A DNA stretch of 64,000 bases from Myxococcota bacterium (GCA_965228475.1 OZ245817.1:608001-672000), one strand, 5' to 3'. Counted from the stretch's first letter, positions 39,875 through 50,326 are shown. Program-made: numbers and translations. The notes: generated by a model not told the origin, from the letters alone.

Positions 39875-41032
39875 CTAGGCCTGCTCGACGATCTCCGAGA
39901 CCACGATCGCCGTGCCGTCGCCGTCTTCGGCGGCCGTCACCGGGGACCGGCTCATGAAGCGCGCGATCTGCTCACGGCCCTCTTCGCCGAGGTCCGCGAA
40001 GATCAGCACGAGGAACGCACCGTCCTCGCGGGCGACCGTGGCGTTCAGCATCAGCGGCGGCACGCCGTCCTCGCCGTAGAGCGCGAGCTTGAGCTCCGCG
40101 CCGACCTCGAGGCTCTCGTCGCGCATCACGCGCATGCCGCCCGAGGAGAGATCCTGTCCCATCAGGATGCGGCTCGAGCCGTCGCCCTTCACCAGGACGG
40201 GCTTGGCGTAGCGTCGGCGCGGCGACTGGCGGCGGTCGTTCTCGGCGTCGCGGCCCGGCTGGGTGGTCTCGTTCGCCTCGGGCTCGGACCGCGGGCGCTC
40301 GGGCGCCGCGGTGCGCGGCGCATCCTTCCAGGGTGCGGGCCCGGTGCCGTGCTGGGCGACCAGCTTCTTCACCTCGGACATCGCACCGCGCGACAGCGCT
40401 TCGAACTGGACCGCGACCTCGTGCCCCCGGGCGGCATCCTCGACCGCCGCAGCCGCGCTGCGTGCGACCCGCCCCTTGAGCTTCACCGCTCGCCCGCCCG
40501 TGAGTTCCGCCGGCAGGGTGAGGGAGAGGCGAGCGTCCGTCTTCACGAGCTGGTCGAGCTGGAGCCGGCAGCCGGTCGCCGAGAGCTCGAGCAGCATCGC
40601 ATCGCGCGCGAACCCGAGCCGCGCCCGGACGCGCACGGGGGCGCCGATGCTCACGCGCGGAACCCGGCGCTTCTCCGGGCCGCGGTACCACGCGTGCAGG
40701 AGCAGGAGGCGCAGCGCGCCCGGGTGGACCGGGCGGCGCAGCAGGAAGTCGACGCGGGCCTGGGTCAGCCGCTTCGAGAGCGTGCGCGAGAAGCCGTCGC
40801 AGACGGCGATGTGGGAGGCGCCGTCCGCCACCCCGCGCGACGAGCGGAGTTCGAGAACGCGCTGCGGCGTCGCGACCACGACCCGCCACGGCCCGCCGTC
40901 CGAGGCCGAGCTCGGCGCGTGGGCGCGCTCCTCGTAGGGAATGCCGAGGTCGTCGAGCTGATTGCAGACGTCCGCCAGCTCCTGACGGTGCAGAACCAGA
41001 ACGCGGCCTTTTTCGGGGGAAGCTTGCGACAC
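39875..41032 (-). CDS. tandem PilZ domain protein with degenerate receiver-like N-terminus
   Basis: RRVPR...ELSATG and RRQSPR...DLSSGG; DFLLRRPV receiver-like end. Confidence 0.82.
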   Translation of the reverse strand: MSQASPEKGRVLVLHRQELADVCNQLDDLGIPYEERAHAPSSASDGGPWRVVVATPQRVLELRSSRGVADGASHIAVCDGFSRTLSKRLTQARVDFLLRRPVHPGALRLLLLHAWYRGPEKRRVPRVSIGAPVRVRARLGFARDAMLLELSATGCRLQLDQLVKTDARLSLTLPAELTGGRAVKLKGRVARSAAAAVEDAARGHEVAVQFEALSRGAMSEVKKLVAQHGTGPAPWKDAPRTAAPERPRSEPEANETTQPGRDAENDRRQSPRRRYAKPVLVKGDGSSRILMGQDLSSGGMRVMRDESLEVGAELKLALYGEDGVPPLMLNATVAREDGAFLVLIFADLGEEGREQIARFMSRSPVTAAEDGDGTAIVVSEIVEQA

Positions 41033-41193
41033 GGACGACCTCGCAAGTTTGATCGGCGCACACCGGCGAGGGCTGGAGGAAGATGTGATTCAACCCACGC
41101 GAACGGGGCCGAAAGCGCAGCGCACCGGCAACGGCTGGGCAGGCGTCCGGCGGCCGGGCGGCGGCTGCGAGGGGAGGGGAGGCGGGCGCCGGC

Positions 41194-41547
41194 CTAGAGC
41201 GTCCAGCCCGGGCCCGCGACGTGGGCGACGAGCAGGTTCAGCAGGGAGAGGAGCAGCGCGCCGAACAGGGCCGGAAGGAACCCGTGGATCCGGAAGCCCG
41301 GGACGAGGGCGGCCGCGAGTTTCAACATCAGCGCGTTCACCACGATCAGGAAGAGCCCGAGCGTGAGGATCGTGATCGGCAGGGAGAGGATCACGAGCAC
41401 CGGGCGCACGAAGCCGTTGGCCAAGCCGAGGACCAGGGCGCCGAGCAGCGCGCCCACGGGGCCGTCCACCTCGATGCCGCGGATCGCGTAGGCGACGACG
41501 AGGAGAAGCGCCGCCGAGACGATCAGGTGTGCGAGGAATTCGGTCAC
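41194..41547 (-). CDS. YvlD / 'phage holin family' membrane protein
   Basis: RPVLVILSLPITILTLGLFLIVVNALML; 4 TM segments. Confidence 0.88.
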   Translation of the reverse strand: MTEFLAHLIVSAALLLVVAYAIRGIEVDGPVGALLGALVLGLANGFVRPVLVILSLPITILTLGLFLIVVNALMLKLAAALVPGFRIHGFLPALFGALLLSLLNLLVAHVAGPGWTL

Positions 41548-41559
41548 GGGCTCGGGCCG

Positions 41560-42021
41560 CTAGTAGGTCCAGCGCCCGTTGCGGAAGCTGAAGATCTCGG
41601 AGACCGGGACGGTCCGGGTCACGGTGCACTGCTGCGAGCCGTCGCGCAGGCACGTGTAGGTGTTCTCCGTGTAGCGGAGGATGCCGATGTAGGGCGCCTT
41701 CGCCTCGCCGGTGGGCTTCACCTGGGTCTCGAAGTCGTCGCCGTAGCCGTCGAAGCGGATCACGACCTCGTCGGCCATGCTGTAGACCGGCGCGGCGCTC
41801 CGGTTGCGCGCCTCGTTCTTCTCGAGGTCGGCCATCCAGCCGCGCGCGTGCTTCTGGAAGGCGGCGCGGGCGTGGTTGAGCTCGCTCTCGACGGCGAAGC
41901 CCTGCTTGCCCCCGACGTCATCGGCGCCGGCCGCAGCCGGGCCGAGCAGGAGGGCCGAGACCCCGAGCGTGAGGAGCGTGCGCCCGAGGGTGAGGAGCGT
42001 TCGAAAACTGCGCTGAGCCAT
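41560..42021 (-). CDS. hypothetical exported protein
   Basis: GGGAG RBS; signal peptide; PYIGILRYTE; two Cys; ends FRNGRWTY. Confidence 0.7.
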   Translation of the reverse strand: MAQRSFRTLLTLGRTLLTLGVSALLLGPAAAGADDVGGKQGFAVESELNHARAAFQKHARGWMADLEKNEARNRSAAPVYSMADEVVIRFDGYGDDFETQVKPTGEAKAPYIGILRYTENTYTCLRDGSQQCTVTRTVPVSEIFSFRNGRWTY

Positions 42022-42133
42022 GTCGTTCTCCCTAGGGGGGCTTTCCATGGGACGCCTCAAGATAGCCGTTTCTTCATCCGCGCGGAGCGGCGGTTCGGCT
42101 AGACTGCCGCCGCCGTTCGCTGGGGGGTCCGTC

Positions 42134-42946
42134 GTGACCGAAGCCGGGCCCGATGCATTCGTCGCCGATCTTCTGCCGGCGGTCCAGGAGGCCGCCGCCC
42201 GCGCGCGCGCACTCGAGGGCCACGTCGCGAACCATCCCAAGGCCGGGGAAGCGAGCGACGTGAAGGCGGCGCTCACCGAAGCGGATACCGCCGTCCAGGA
42301 AGCCCTCCTCGGCGCCCTTCTGCCGCGCTTCGCCGACGTCGAGCTCGAGGCCGAAGAGGACACCCCGAGCGTGAGGCGGTTCTCGGGCGCGCGCGCCGCC
42401 CGGGTCGTGCTCGATCCCATCGACGGCACGCTCCGCTCCTACCTGGCCGGCGAGGGCCCCTACGCCGTGATGATCGGCCTCGACCTGGAGGACCGCTTCG
42501 TCGGGTCGCTGGTGGGGCTGCCCCGGGAAGGCCACCTCTTCTACGCGACCGCCGGGGGCGGAGCCTTTCACGTGACGGGCGAGTCGGGCCCGGTCGCCGC
42601 TCGGCTCGAGGACGACGGGAAGGACGTGCTCGTCTCCTACGCGCTACCGGCGCCGGTCGAGGCCGCCCTGCGTGAGCGCGGCTACCGGCCGCGCGGCGCC
42701 TGCGGAGGGGCCATCGCCGTGGCGCCGCTCCTGCCGGGCGTGGTCGGAGGCCTGCGCATCCCGACGCCGCCCCCGGTGAGCCCGCGTGGGCGGATCGGCC
42801 TGCTGGTCGCGCGGGAGGCGGGGGCTCGGGTCGGCCTCGCCGAGGGTCCGGCGCCGAGCCGGCTGTCCGAGCCCATGCCCCACGTCGCCGTCGCGGCGAC
42901 GGACGCCGTGCTCGCGGATCTTCAGGCCGCTCTCGCGGCGGCCTGA
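42134..42946 (+). CDS. divergent inositol monophosphatase family protein
   Basis: LTEAD, AEED, VLDPIDGT present; WDxAAG motif absent. Confidence 0.75.
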   Translation: MTEAGPDAFVADLLPAVQEAAARARALEGHVANHPKAGEASDVKAALTEADTAVQEALLGALLPRFADVELEAEEDTPSVRRFSGARAARVVLDPIDGTLRSYLAGEGPYAVMIGLDLEDRFVGSLVGLPREGHLFYATAGGGAFHVTGESGPVAARLEDDGKDVLVSYALPAPVEAALRERGYRPRGACGGAIAVAPLLPGVVGGLRIPTPPPVSPRGRIGLLVAREAGARVGLAEGPAPSRLSEPMPHVAVAATDAVLADLQAALAAA

Positions 42947-42976
42947 ACTCCGCCCGCCGCCCGGGCGGCCCCTGGC

Positions 42977-44680
42977 CTACATCCGATCGTAGGACGGGCC
43001 CTCGCCGCCTTCCGGCGGCGTCCAGGTGATGACCTGGTAGGGGTCGGCGATGTCGCACGTCTTGCAGTGGACGCAGTTCTCGTGGTGGATCACGAGCTTC
43101 CGCTCCCCCGGGTTGTCGACGTCGTCGACCATCTCGTAGACCGCCGCGGGGCAGAAGCTCTCGCAGGGGTTGCCGTACTCCTCGGCGCACTGGGTCTTGC
43201 AGAGGTTCGTGTCGGCAACGACCAGGTGCGAGGGCTGGTCCGGCTCGTGGACGGCCCCGCTGTACTGCACCAGGTGCTCCTTGCTGAACGTGGTCTTCCC
43301 GTCGAACTCCATCGTTTCCTTGGTGCGCTTGCCGGCCGGAAGCTCCGAGAGCTTCTTCATGTGCCGGTGGCCCGCCTTGAACTTGATGTTGTCGATGAGA
43401 CCGCGGCCGCCCGTGATCATGCGGACCGGCTGGTTCAGGAAGAAGAACAGCATGCCGATCTCCCACGACCCGTGGAAGTTGCGCACGGCGTAGTGCTCGT
43501 CGTAGGCCCAGCTCTGGCGGTAGCGCTCGGTGTAGCCGCCGAGGGTCTTCGTGGTGAAGTCCTGCTGGGCGAGGGCGTCGACGATCGTGTCCGCGGCCAT
43601 CATCCCGGACTTCATCGCCATGTGGATGCCCGAGAGGTACTCGGCGTTGCAGAAGCCCGCCGAGTCGCCGACGAGCAGCGCGCCGTCGGTGTAGAGCTTC
43701 GGCTGGGAGTAGAGGCCGCCGACCGGGATCGTCTTCGCGCCGTACTTCACGAGCTCCGCGCCCTCGAGGATGTCCTGCATGAAGGCGTGGGTCTTGAACT
43801 TCTGCATCGCGAGATGCGGGTCGTTGAAGGGGCTGTCGCTGTCGAGCATCGGGACGTAGCCGATCGAGATGAGATCGTCGCCGAGATCGTAGAGCCACAT
43901 GCCCGAGACCGGGTTGAAGTAGTTCGGCCAACCCATGCCGTGGATGACGCGCCCGGGCTGATGCTTCTCGGGCTTGATCTTCCAGATCTCCTTGATGCCG
44001 GTCTCGTAGACCTGCGGGTTCATCCCCTGGAGCTGCTTGTCCTGGATGAGCTGCTTCGAGAGCGTGCCGCGCACGCCTTCGCCGAGCACGGTGACCTTGG
44101 CGAAGATGTCCATGCCGGGCTGGAAGGTGCCCTTGGGGTTGCCCTCGCGGTCGATGCCCATGTCGCCGGTTCGCACGCCCACGACGCGGCCGTTCTCGTA
44201 GAGAATCTTGTCGCCGGCGAAGCCCGGGTAGATCTCGACGCCCGCGGCCTCGCACTTCTCGGCGAGCCACTTGGCGACGCGGTTCAGCGACACGACGTAG
44301 TACCCGTTCTTGTAGAACTGGGGCGGCGTGGCGAAGCTCGGGGCGGCCAGCGAGAGCGCCTTCGTCAGGAAGAAGCGCAGGATCGACTTCTTCACCTTGT
44401 GCTCGATCGGGAAGCCCTGCTCCTCGTGATCGGGGATGAGCTCCTTGATCGCCTTCGGGTTCATCACCGCGCCCGAGAGCATGTGGTCGCCCACCTCGGC
44501 GCCCTTCTCGATGACGAGGACGGTCGGCGGCTCGATCGGCACGCCGCCCTCCTTGGCGATCTGCTCGTTGCGCTCTTCGACGCCCTGCATGAGGCGCAGC
44601 GCGGAAGCCAGGGTGGCCGGGCCGGCGCCGACGAACAGGACGTCGACCTCCATGCTCTCGCGTTCGATTTCCTGGCTCAT
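42977..44680 (-). CDS. electron transfer flavoprotein-ubiquinone oxidoreductase
   Basis: DVLFVGAGPA, HMLSGA, GVRTGDMG, GIHMAMKSG, FCPAAVYE, NCVHCKTCDI, PEGGEGP. Confidence 0.95.
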   Translation of the reverse strand: MSQEIERESMEVDVLFVGAGPATLASALRLMQGVEERNEQIAKEGGVPIEPPTVLVIEKGAEVGDHMLSGAVMNPKAIKELIPDHEEQGFPIEHKVKKSILRFFLTKALSLAAPSFATPPQFYKNGYYVVSLNRVAKWLAEKCEAAGVEIYPGFAGDKILYENGRVVGVRTGDMGIDREGNPKGTFQPGMDIFAKVTVLGEGVRGTLSKQLIQDKQLQGMNPQVYETGIKEIWKIKPEKHQPGRVIHGMGWPNYFNPVSGMWLYDLGDDLISIGYVPMLDSDSPFNDPHLAMQKFKTHAFMQDILEGAELVKYGAKTIPVGGLYSQPKLYTDGALLVGDSAGFCNAEYLSGIHMAMKSGMMAADTIVDALAQQDFTTKTLGGYTERYRQSWAYDEHYAVRNFHGSWEIGMLFFFLNQPVRMITGGRGLIDNIKFKAGHRHMKKLSELPAGKRTKETMEFDGKTTFSKEHLVQYSGAVHEPDQPSHLVVADTNLCKTQCAEEYGNPCESFCPAAVYEMVDDVDNPGERKLVIHHENCVHCKTCDIADPYQVITWTPPEGGEGPSYDRM

Positions 44681-44850
44681 GGGGTGTCCTCCGGGGCGTT
44701 CTGGCGGGTGGATCCGAAGGGCCGCTTCGCGGCCGACCGGTCGCCTTGCAGGTTAGGTGAATGACGCGTCGGGTCAAGCGAGTGGGTCTTGCAATGGTCC
44801 CGTCGCAAAAGGGGAAATTGGATCCGTGGCGCGCGCCCGGCAAGGTGCGC

Positions 44851-46263
44851 TCAGCCGTCGCTCGGGACCACCAGGGTGTCCCGGAAACCGACGAACAGGG
44901 CGAGCCCCAGGAGGGTCAGCAGGCCGGCGATGAAGAAGGGCGAGCCCAGGGCGAACTCGTCCGCGGTGAGGCCGCCGACCGTCGCTCCCGCGGGCAGCCA
45001 GCCGAGTAGCCAGCCACCGATGCTGCCCATCGCGAAGCCGCTCCACAGCGGGCCGACGATCCGGCCGGTGGTGGCCATGGATTGGCTCTGACCGAGGAGT
45101 TCGCCTGCGTCGTCCTCGCCGCAGGCCTTCGAGTAGAGGCTCGCGAGCGCCGGGAAGGCCAGGCCGTTGCCCACGGCGACGAAGGGGGCGAGCACGTAGA
45201 TCGCGGCGAGCGAAGGCATCCAGGGCATGGCCGCGAGGCCGAGGCCCATTACGAGCAGGCCCGCGACCACGAGGTTCGTCTCCCCGAACCGGTCCGAGAG
45301 CCGGCCGAGCGCGATCCCCTGGGTGACCGCGATCCAGAGCCCGATCCACATGAAGACCTGGCCGGCGGCCCACTCCTCGGCGCCGAAACGTTTGAAGAGG
45401 AACAGGGTGAACATCGCCTCGATGGCAGCGAAGGCCGTGAAGAGATGGAAGAACAGGTAGAGGTAGATGCCGATCCGGCGGTCGTGAACCATCGAGAGGA
45501 GGCGCAGCGGCGTCGGGATGAGGAGGCGCAGGATCTCGCCGAGGTTCCAGCGCCCGCCGTCCCCGGGGCGAGACTCCGGCAGGATGAAGATCGCCGCGAT
45601 CATGTTCACGAAGGAGGCGAGCATCACGACGGCGAAGGGCAGCCGCGGGCCGACCATCTCGAAGAAACCCTGCAGGAGGGGAGGGAGGCCCGTCGAGGAT
45701 TCGCCGAGCTCGCGGCCGACGGCGCCGAGCATCCCGCCGAGGGCCGGGCCGATCACGAAGCCGATGCCGAGCGCGGCGCCGAGCATGCCCATGCCGCGGG
45801 CGCGCCGTTCGGGCGGGGTCAGGTCGGTCACCATCGCCTGGGCGGTGCCGAGGCTCGCGGCGAAGAAGCCGGCGAGGAAGCGCGAGAGGTAGATCTCGAA
45901 GAGCGAATCCCCGACCACGAGGATCGCGTAGGCGACGGTCGTGCCCGCGAGGGAGCCGAGGATGGCGGGCCGTCGCCCGAGCCGGTCCGAGGCCCAGCCC
46001 CACATCGGAAGGAACAGGAGCTGGGTCAGGGCGTAGGTCGAGACGATCAGGCCGACGTCGAACGGTGTCGCGCCGAGCCGGTCCGCGAACAGCGGGAGCA
46101 CCGGGACGAGCACGCTGAACCCCGCGAAGTCGATCAGCATCGTCACGAAGAGGATCGGCATCGCCCACCGCTCGCGGCGGGAACGCGCGTCGTCGTCGAG
46201 CGGCGGAGGCGTCGCTTCGGGGCCGTTCTCGTCGTGCTGCGGAGGCTCGGCAGGCGGGTTCAT
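44851..46263 (-). CDS. MFS transporter (TetA/DHA1-like)
   Basis: GWASDRLGRRP motif A, GFVIGPALGG motif C, ~12 TM segments. Confidence 0.9.
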   Translation of the reverse strand: MNPPAEPPQHDENGPEATPPPLDDDARSRRERWAMPILFVTMLIDFAGFSVLVPVLPLFADRLGATPFDVGLIVSTYALTQLLFLPMWGWASDRLGRRPAILGSLAGTTVAYAILVVGDSLFEIYLSRFLAGFFAASLGTAQAMVTDLTPPERRARGMGMLGAALGIGFVIGPALGGMLGAVGRELGESSTGLPPLLQGFFEMVGPRLPFAVVMLASFVNMIAAIFILPESRPGDGGRWNLGEILRLLIPTPLRLLSMVHDRRIGIYLYLFFHLFTAFAAIEAMFTLFLFKRFGAEEWAAGQVFMWIGLWIAVTQGIALGRLSDRFGETNLVVAGLLVMGLGLAAMPWMPSLAAIYVLAPFVAVGNGLAFPALASLYSKACGEDDAGELLGQSQSMATTGRIVGPLWSGFAMGSIGGWLLGWLPAGATVGGLTADEFALGSPFFIAGLLTLLGLALFVGFRDTLVVPSDG

Positions 46264-46322
46264 GGGGGCGCCGGAGCGTAGCACGGCGGCCATTCGTTCC
46301 GGTGGGCCGCTATGATGCAACG

Positions 46323-47267
46323 ATGGGCATCGAAGGCTCGGGCCTGGTCGACATCGCGCGCGAGTTCCTGCTCGCCTACCGCCGCACCCGTGAGGTCGCG
46401 GCCCTCCACCGCTCGGGCGAACTGAGCTTCGACGTCGTCGAAGGCTGGGTGGGCGACGACGACTCGAGCGCGCTCTTCCGGCTGAAGGAACGCTGCCACG
46501 GCCTGATTCGCTACGAGGACGAAGCCGACGGCGGCGTCGAACGCGCCGGGCTCCTCGATCTCACCGTGGGCGCGCTCTTCCACGAGGCCATGTGTTTCCG
46601 GGAGAACTTCTATCAGAGCGAGGTCTACGGGCCGCGGGTGCGGCGCCTGCGCGGAGCGACCGAAGAAGAGACCGAGCTGATCCGCGAGTTCGATCGCATC
46701 CTCGCCGGGGTCTCCGACCGCCTCGACGAAGCCCTCGAGGAGACCGAGGCCCTGCTCGCGCAGACGCGCCGCCAGTTCAAGGGCCTCCTGCGCGCCCACG
46801 CCGACGACGGGCTGGTGGCCCGCCTGCTCGTCGAGAACGCCGGCTACGTGGCGCTGGTCTTCGAGGGCGGCCTCGACGTCCTGTTCGAAGAAATCCATGG
46901 CGGCGCCGCCGAAGGCTACGCCCTGGCCGCGCGCTCCTACCTGGATAGCGGCCATTTCTCCGAAGCAGCGGTCGGCCTCCGGGAGGCCCGTGCGCGTGGC
47001 GGAGAACAGACGGTCTGGCTCCGGCTCGGCGCCTACGCGGCCGCCATGGAAGCCTACCGCGACGGTCTCTACGTGGAAGCGGTGTCGGCCCTCTCGCGTT
47101 GGATCGATCAGGATCCGCCCGCGGACGAGAGGCCCTACGCGGCGCTCGCCGTCGATGCCCTCGCGCATCTCTCGAAGCTCGTGGAGCCCGAAGAAGAAGC
47201 GCAGGTGCTTCCGGCGGCCGAAGCGCTGGTGGGTCGGCTCACGGAGTTCGCCGCCGAGGGCGCCTAG
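46323..47267 (+). CDS. hypothetical helical protein with TPR-like C-terminus
   Basis: Long ORF with host codon usage; LFRLKERCH...GALFHEAMCFRENFYQ block. Confidence 0.75.
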   Translation: MGIEGSGLVDIAREFLLAYRRTREVAALHRSGELSFDVVEGWVGDDDSSALFRLKERCHGLIRYEDEADGGVERAGLLDLTVGALFHEAMCFRENFYQSEVYGPRVRRLRGATEEETELIREFDRILAGVSDRLDEALEETEALLAQTRRQFKGLLRAHADDGLVARLLVENAGYVALVFEGGLDVLFEEIHGGAAEGYALAARSYLDSGHFSEAAVGLREARARGGEQTVWLRLGAYAAAMEAYRDGLYVEAVSALSRWIDQDPPADERPYAALAVDALAHLSKLVEPEEEAQVLPAAEALVGRLTEFAAEGA

Positions 47268-47285
47268 CGGGAGCGCGTTCGGGCG

Positions 47286-47942
47286 CTACTCGGAGGAAGC
47301 GTCACCCGGCGTGTCGTCGTCGCGATCGACCAGCACCCCGTTCCTCACGAGATTCGCCGTCTCCTTGCGACGCCAGGCGACCTGGCTCGCGGTGAAGAGA
47401 TCGTCGACGCCGAGCACGGCGGCGCCGAAGTCGCGCGACGCGTAGTGGAAGAACAGACCGCCGAACATGCTCATGAAGAAGTGCCGGGCCGAGTGGTTTC
47501 GGAACACGCCGGCATCGGCGCCTTCCCGATAGAACTTCAGGATGGGCGTGATCGTCCCGTTGATCAGCGGCCGGGCCTCCTCGAAGTCGAAGGGCGAGCG
47601 GTCCACGAACATGCGGAAGAGGATCTTCGAGTAGTTCGGCCGCTCGGCGAGCAGGTCGTTCATCGCGCCGAGCAGGTAGTCGAGGCGCTCCTCGTGGGTT
47701 CCCGGCCGTTCGAGCCCGCCGATGATCGTGTCCCGCAGGGCCTCGAGCATCGTCAGCAGGACCGAGTTGTAGAGCGCCGCCTTGCTCGGATAGTAGTAGT
47801 AGAGCGCCGTCTTCTGGACGCCGACCTGCTCGGCGATGGCCTGCAGGTGCGCGCCGGAGTAGCCGTAGGTCGCGAACTCGGTCTCCGAGATCTCGAGGAT
47901 CTTGTTCCTCGTGTCGGCGCTGCGGGTTCGTTTCTCGCTCAA
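47286..47942 (-). CDS. TetR/AcrR family transcriptional regulator
   Basis: IAEQVGVQKTALYYYYPSKAALY; TTG start overlaps the lgt stop. Confidence 0.88.
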   Translation of the reverse strand: MSEKRTRSADTRNKILEISETEFATYGYSGAHLQAIAEQVGVQKTALYYYYPSKAALYNSVLLTMLEALRDTIIGGLERPGTHEERLDYLLGAMNDLLAERPNYSKILFRMFVDRSPFDFEEARPLINGTITPILKFYREGADAGVFRNHSARHFFMSMFGGLFFHYASRDFGAAVLGVDDLFTASQVAWRRKETANLVRNGVLVDRDDDTPGDASSE

Positions 47943-48715
47943 GAGGCGGCCTCGGCTGGCGGATCCCCCAGGAGCGGGGAGGAGTACGGGTTCTTCCGAT
48001 AGTGCACCCAGAGGGCACCGCCCGACAAGAGCAGGGCGATGGCGATCACCTGGGGCTCGGTCAGGGGGCCGAGGATCGGCTCGTTCACGCGCCAGTGCTC
48101 GATCACGAGCCGCCCGGCACCGTTCCACATCATGTACTCGGCCCAGAGCGAGGGCGACTTCTTGCGCCGGCGCCACAGGACGGAGGCGCCGATGAAGAGC
48201 CAGACCATCTCGTAGAGCATGGTCGGGTGGACGGTGTCGAGCGTCGGCGGAGCGCCCTGCGGGAACGCCATGCCCCACGGAACGTCGGTCACCTTGCCGT
48301 AGTCGTCGCCGACGAGGAAGCAGCCGATCCGCCCGAGGGCCTGGCCCCAGAGCAGCACGACCGCGCAGCAATCCGTGAAGACCTTGAGCGGCACCTTGTG
48401 GATGACGCAGCCGAGCCAACCGAAGAGGAAGCCGCCGATCAGCCCGCCGTAGAAGGTGATGCCATCGCGCGAGAGCATCAGCGGCCAGAAGTCGAGGTCC
48501 TGACGGATGGAGACGTCCACGGCGAAGTAGAGCTTCGAGCCGAAGATGCCGCCGAACATCAGGTAGAGCAGGAAGACCGAGGAGAGCTCGCCGTCGAGCC
48601 CTTCCTCTTCCATGCGCTTCTGGCAGATCCAGGTTCCCGTGAGGAACGCGATGGCCAGCATCACGCCGAAGGAGCTGATCGGTGCGCCGAAGACTTCGAA
48701 GACGGTGGGGTACAT
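47939..48715 (-). CDS. lgt: prolipoprotein diacylglyceryl transferase
   Basis: GITFYGGLIGG, QALGRIGCF, PWGMAFP, HPTMLYE, RLVIEHWR. Confidence 0.92.
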   Translation of the reverse strand: MYPTVFEVFGAPISSFGVMLAIAFLTGTWICQKRMEEEGLDGELSSVFLLYLMFGGIFGSKLYFAVDVSIRQDLDFWPLMLSRDGITFYGGLIGGFLFGWLGCVIHKVPLKVFTDCCAVVLLWGQALGRIGCFLVGDDYGKVTDVPWGMAFPQGAPPTLDTVHPTMLYEMVWLFIGASVLWRRRKKSPSLWAEYMMWNGAGRLVIEHWRVNEPILGPLTEPQVIAIALLLSGGALWVHYRKNPYSSPLLGDPPAEAAS

Positions 48716-48802
48716 GGCGGCGCCGACACTACCGCCCCCCGCCGGGCCCAACAAGCGCGGGACCCTGGTCCGTGGGTGACTTCGCCCGGCTCGTCCCGGC
48801 CG

Positions 48803-50326
48803 CTACTCGAGGGGGAGCGTCAGGTGGAAGGCGGCGCCCTGGCCCGGGTTGCCCTCGACCCAGACCCGCCCGCCCTGGCTCTGCACGATCTTCTTCACGA
48901 TCGCCAGGCCGATGCCGGTCCCTCGGCGGCCGTCGGCGCGGGGGCCCGCGCTCTGGAAGAGCTCGAAGATGCGCTCGCGCTGGTCGACCTCGACCCCGCG
49001 GCCGTTGTCGCGCACCACGATGTGGTGCTCGCCGGGTTCTTCGAAGACGTCGATCCGGATCTCGGGCGAATCGACCGGGCCCATGTAGTCGAGGGCGTTG
49101 CCGATCAGGTTCGAGAACACCTGGTAGAGCCGCGTGCGGTCGCACACGACCACCGGCGGCTCCGCCGGCAGGGTGAGCCGGGCGCCCTGGCTCTCGAGGC
49201 GCGGCTTGAGCTCCGCCTGGAGCTGGTGCAGGACGTCGTTCACGTTGACGTGGACGTTGTACTGCTGGGTGCTCTCGATCCGGGAGAGCTCGAGGAGATC
49301 GTTGATCAACGTCTCCATCGTGTGGCCGGCCTTCTCGATGCGGTCGAGGAAGTGGCGCGCGGTCTCGTCGAAGCCCTCGCCGTACTCCTGCCGCAGCAGG
49401 CGCGAGAAACCGAGCAGCGAAACGAGCGGCGAGCGCAGATCGTGGGTGACGTTCTGGACGTAGTGCTCGAGCTCGCTGTTCTTGCGGCGGAGCTCGGCCT
49501 CCTTGCGCCCCAGCTCCTCGCGAATGCGGTGTTCTTCGGTCTGGTCGTGCAGGACCACGACGCTCCCGGACACCGACCCGTCGCCGAGGCGGAGTTCGCT
49601 GGCCGACACCACGACGTGACGGGCCGAGCCGTCCGCGTGCCGGAGCTCGGTTTCGTGCCCCCGTGCTTCGGGCGGGCCGACGATCGCGGCGGCGAGCCGT
49701 TCCGGGCTCGCGGCGAGCATGCCGACGGGCTTCTCGAGGAGTTCGTCGGACGAGAACCCGAGCAGCCGCCCGATGGCGGGGTTCACGTAGGTGATGAAGC
49801 CGCGCCGGTCGCAGGCGAGCACCGGCGCCGGTGAACTCGCGAGGACGCCCGAAAGGAAGGCCGCCGTTTCGCGCTGCTCGCGCGTGCGGTCTTCGCGCTC
49901 GGCCACCGGGCGAACGATTCCGACGAGGACGCCGTCGGCCTCCGCATCTCGAGCTTCCGCGTCGCGCGTCGGCAGCTTGACCGCGTCGATCTCGACCGGG
50001 ACGACGGCGCCCTGGCAATCGAGCAGGTCGGCCAGCGCGGCATGGACGGCGCCGTCGCGCGCGAAGCGCTGGCGGATCTCTTCGAGCTGTTCGGGATGGG
50101 CGAAGTACTCGCGCGTCGGGCGCGCGGCGCGCCAGCCGGCCTCGTCCTCAACTCCCGTTTGAGAGGCGCCGACCCCGCGCAAGGCACCCAGCCCGTCGCT
50201 GATCCAGATCAAGCGCCCCTCGCCATCGGCGGCGAAGACCGCCCGGTGGAGCTTCGCCAGGCCTTCCAGAACGGAGAGCGCGGAGAGATCTTTCAGCGAG
50301 GACAGGACGTTGGGGCCTTCGAGCAT
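48803..50326 (-). CDS. cytoplasmic PAS-domain sensor histidine kinase
   Basis: HDLRSPL H-box, NLIGNA, DNGRG, IFELF, GTGIGL; PAS motifs; no TM segment. Confidence 0.92.
   Translation of the reverse strand: MLEGPNVLSSLKDLSALSVLEGLAKLHRAVFAADGEGRLIWISDGLGALRGVGASQTGVEDEAGWRAARPTREYFAHPEQLEEIRQRFARDGAVHAALADLLDCQGAVVPVEIDAVKLPTRDAEARDAEADGVLVGIVRPVAEREDRTREQRETAAFLSGVLASSPAPVLACDRRGFITYVNPAIGRLLGFSSDELLEKPVGMLAASPERLAAAIVGPPEARGHETELRHADGSARHVVVSASELRLGDGSVSGSVVVLHDQTEEHRIREELGRKEAELRRKNSELEHYVQNVTHDLRSPLVSLLGFSRLLRQEYGEGFDETARHFLDRIEKAGHTMETLINDLLELSRIESTQQYNVHVNVNDVLHQLQAELKPRLESQGARLTLPAEPPVVVCDRTRLYQVFSNLIGNALDYMGPVDSPEIRIDVFEEPGEHHIVVRDNGRGVEVDQRERIFELFQSAGPRADGRRGTGIGLAIVKKIVQSQGGRVWVEGNPGQGAAFHLTLPLE

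Noticed and set aside
41194..41547. 'Phage holin' (plus SLT, radC, ssb) as evidence of a prophage
   Set aside because: YvlD-type proteins are ordinary chromosomal genes; no integrase, terminase or structural genes, and composition is uniform
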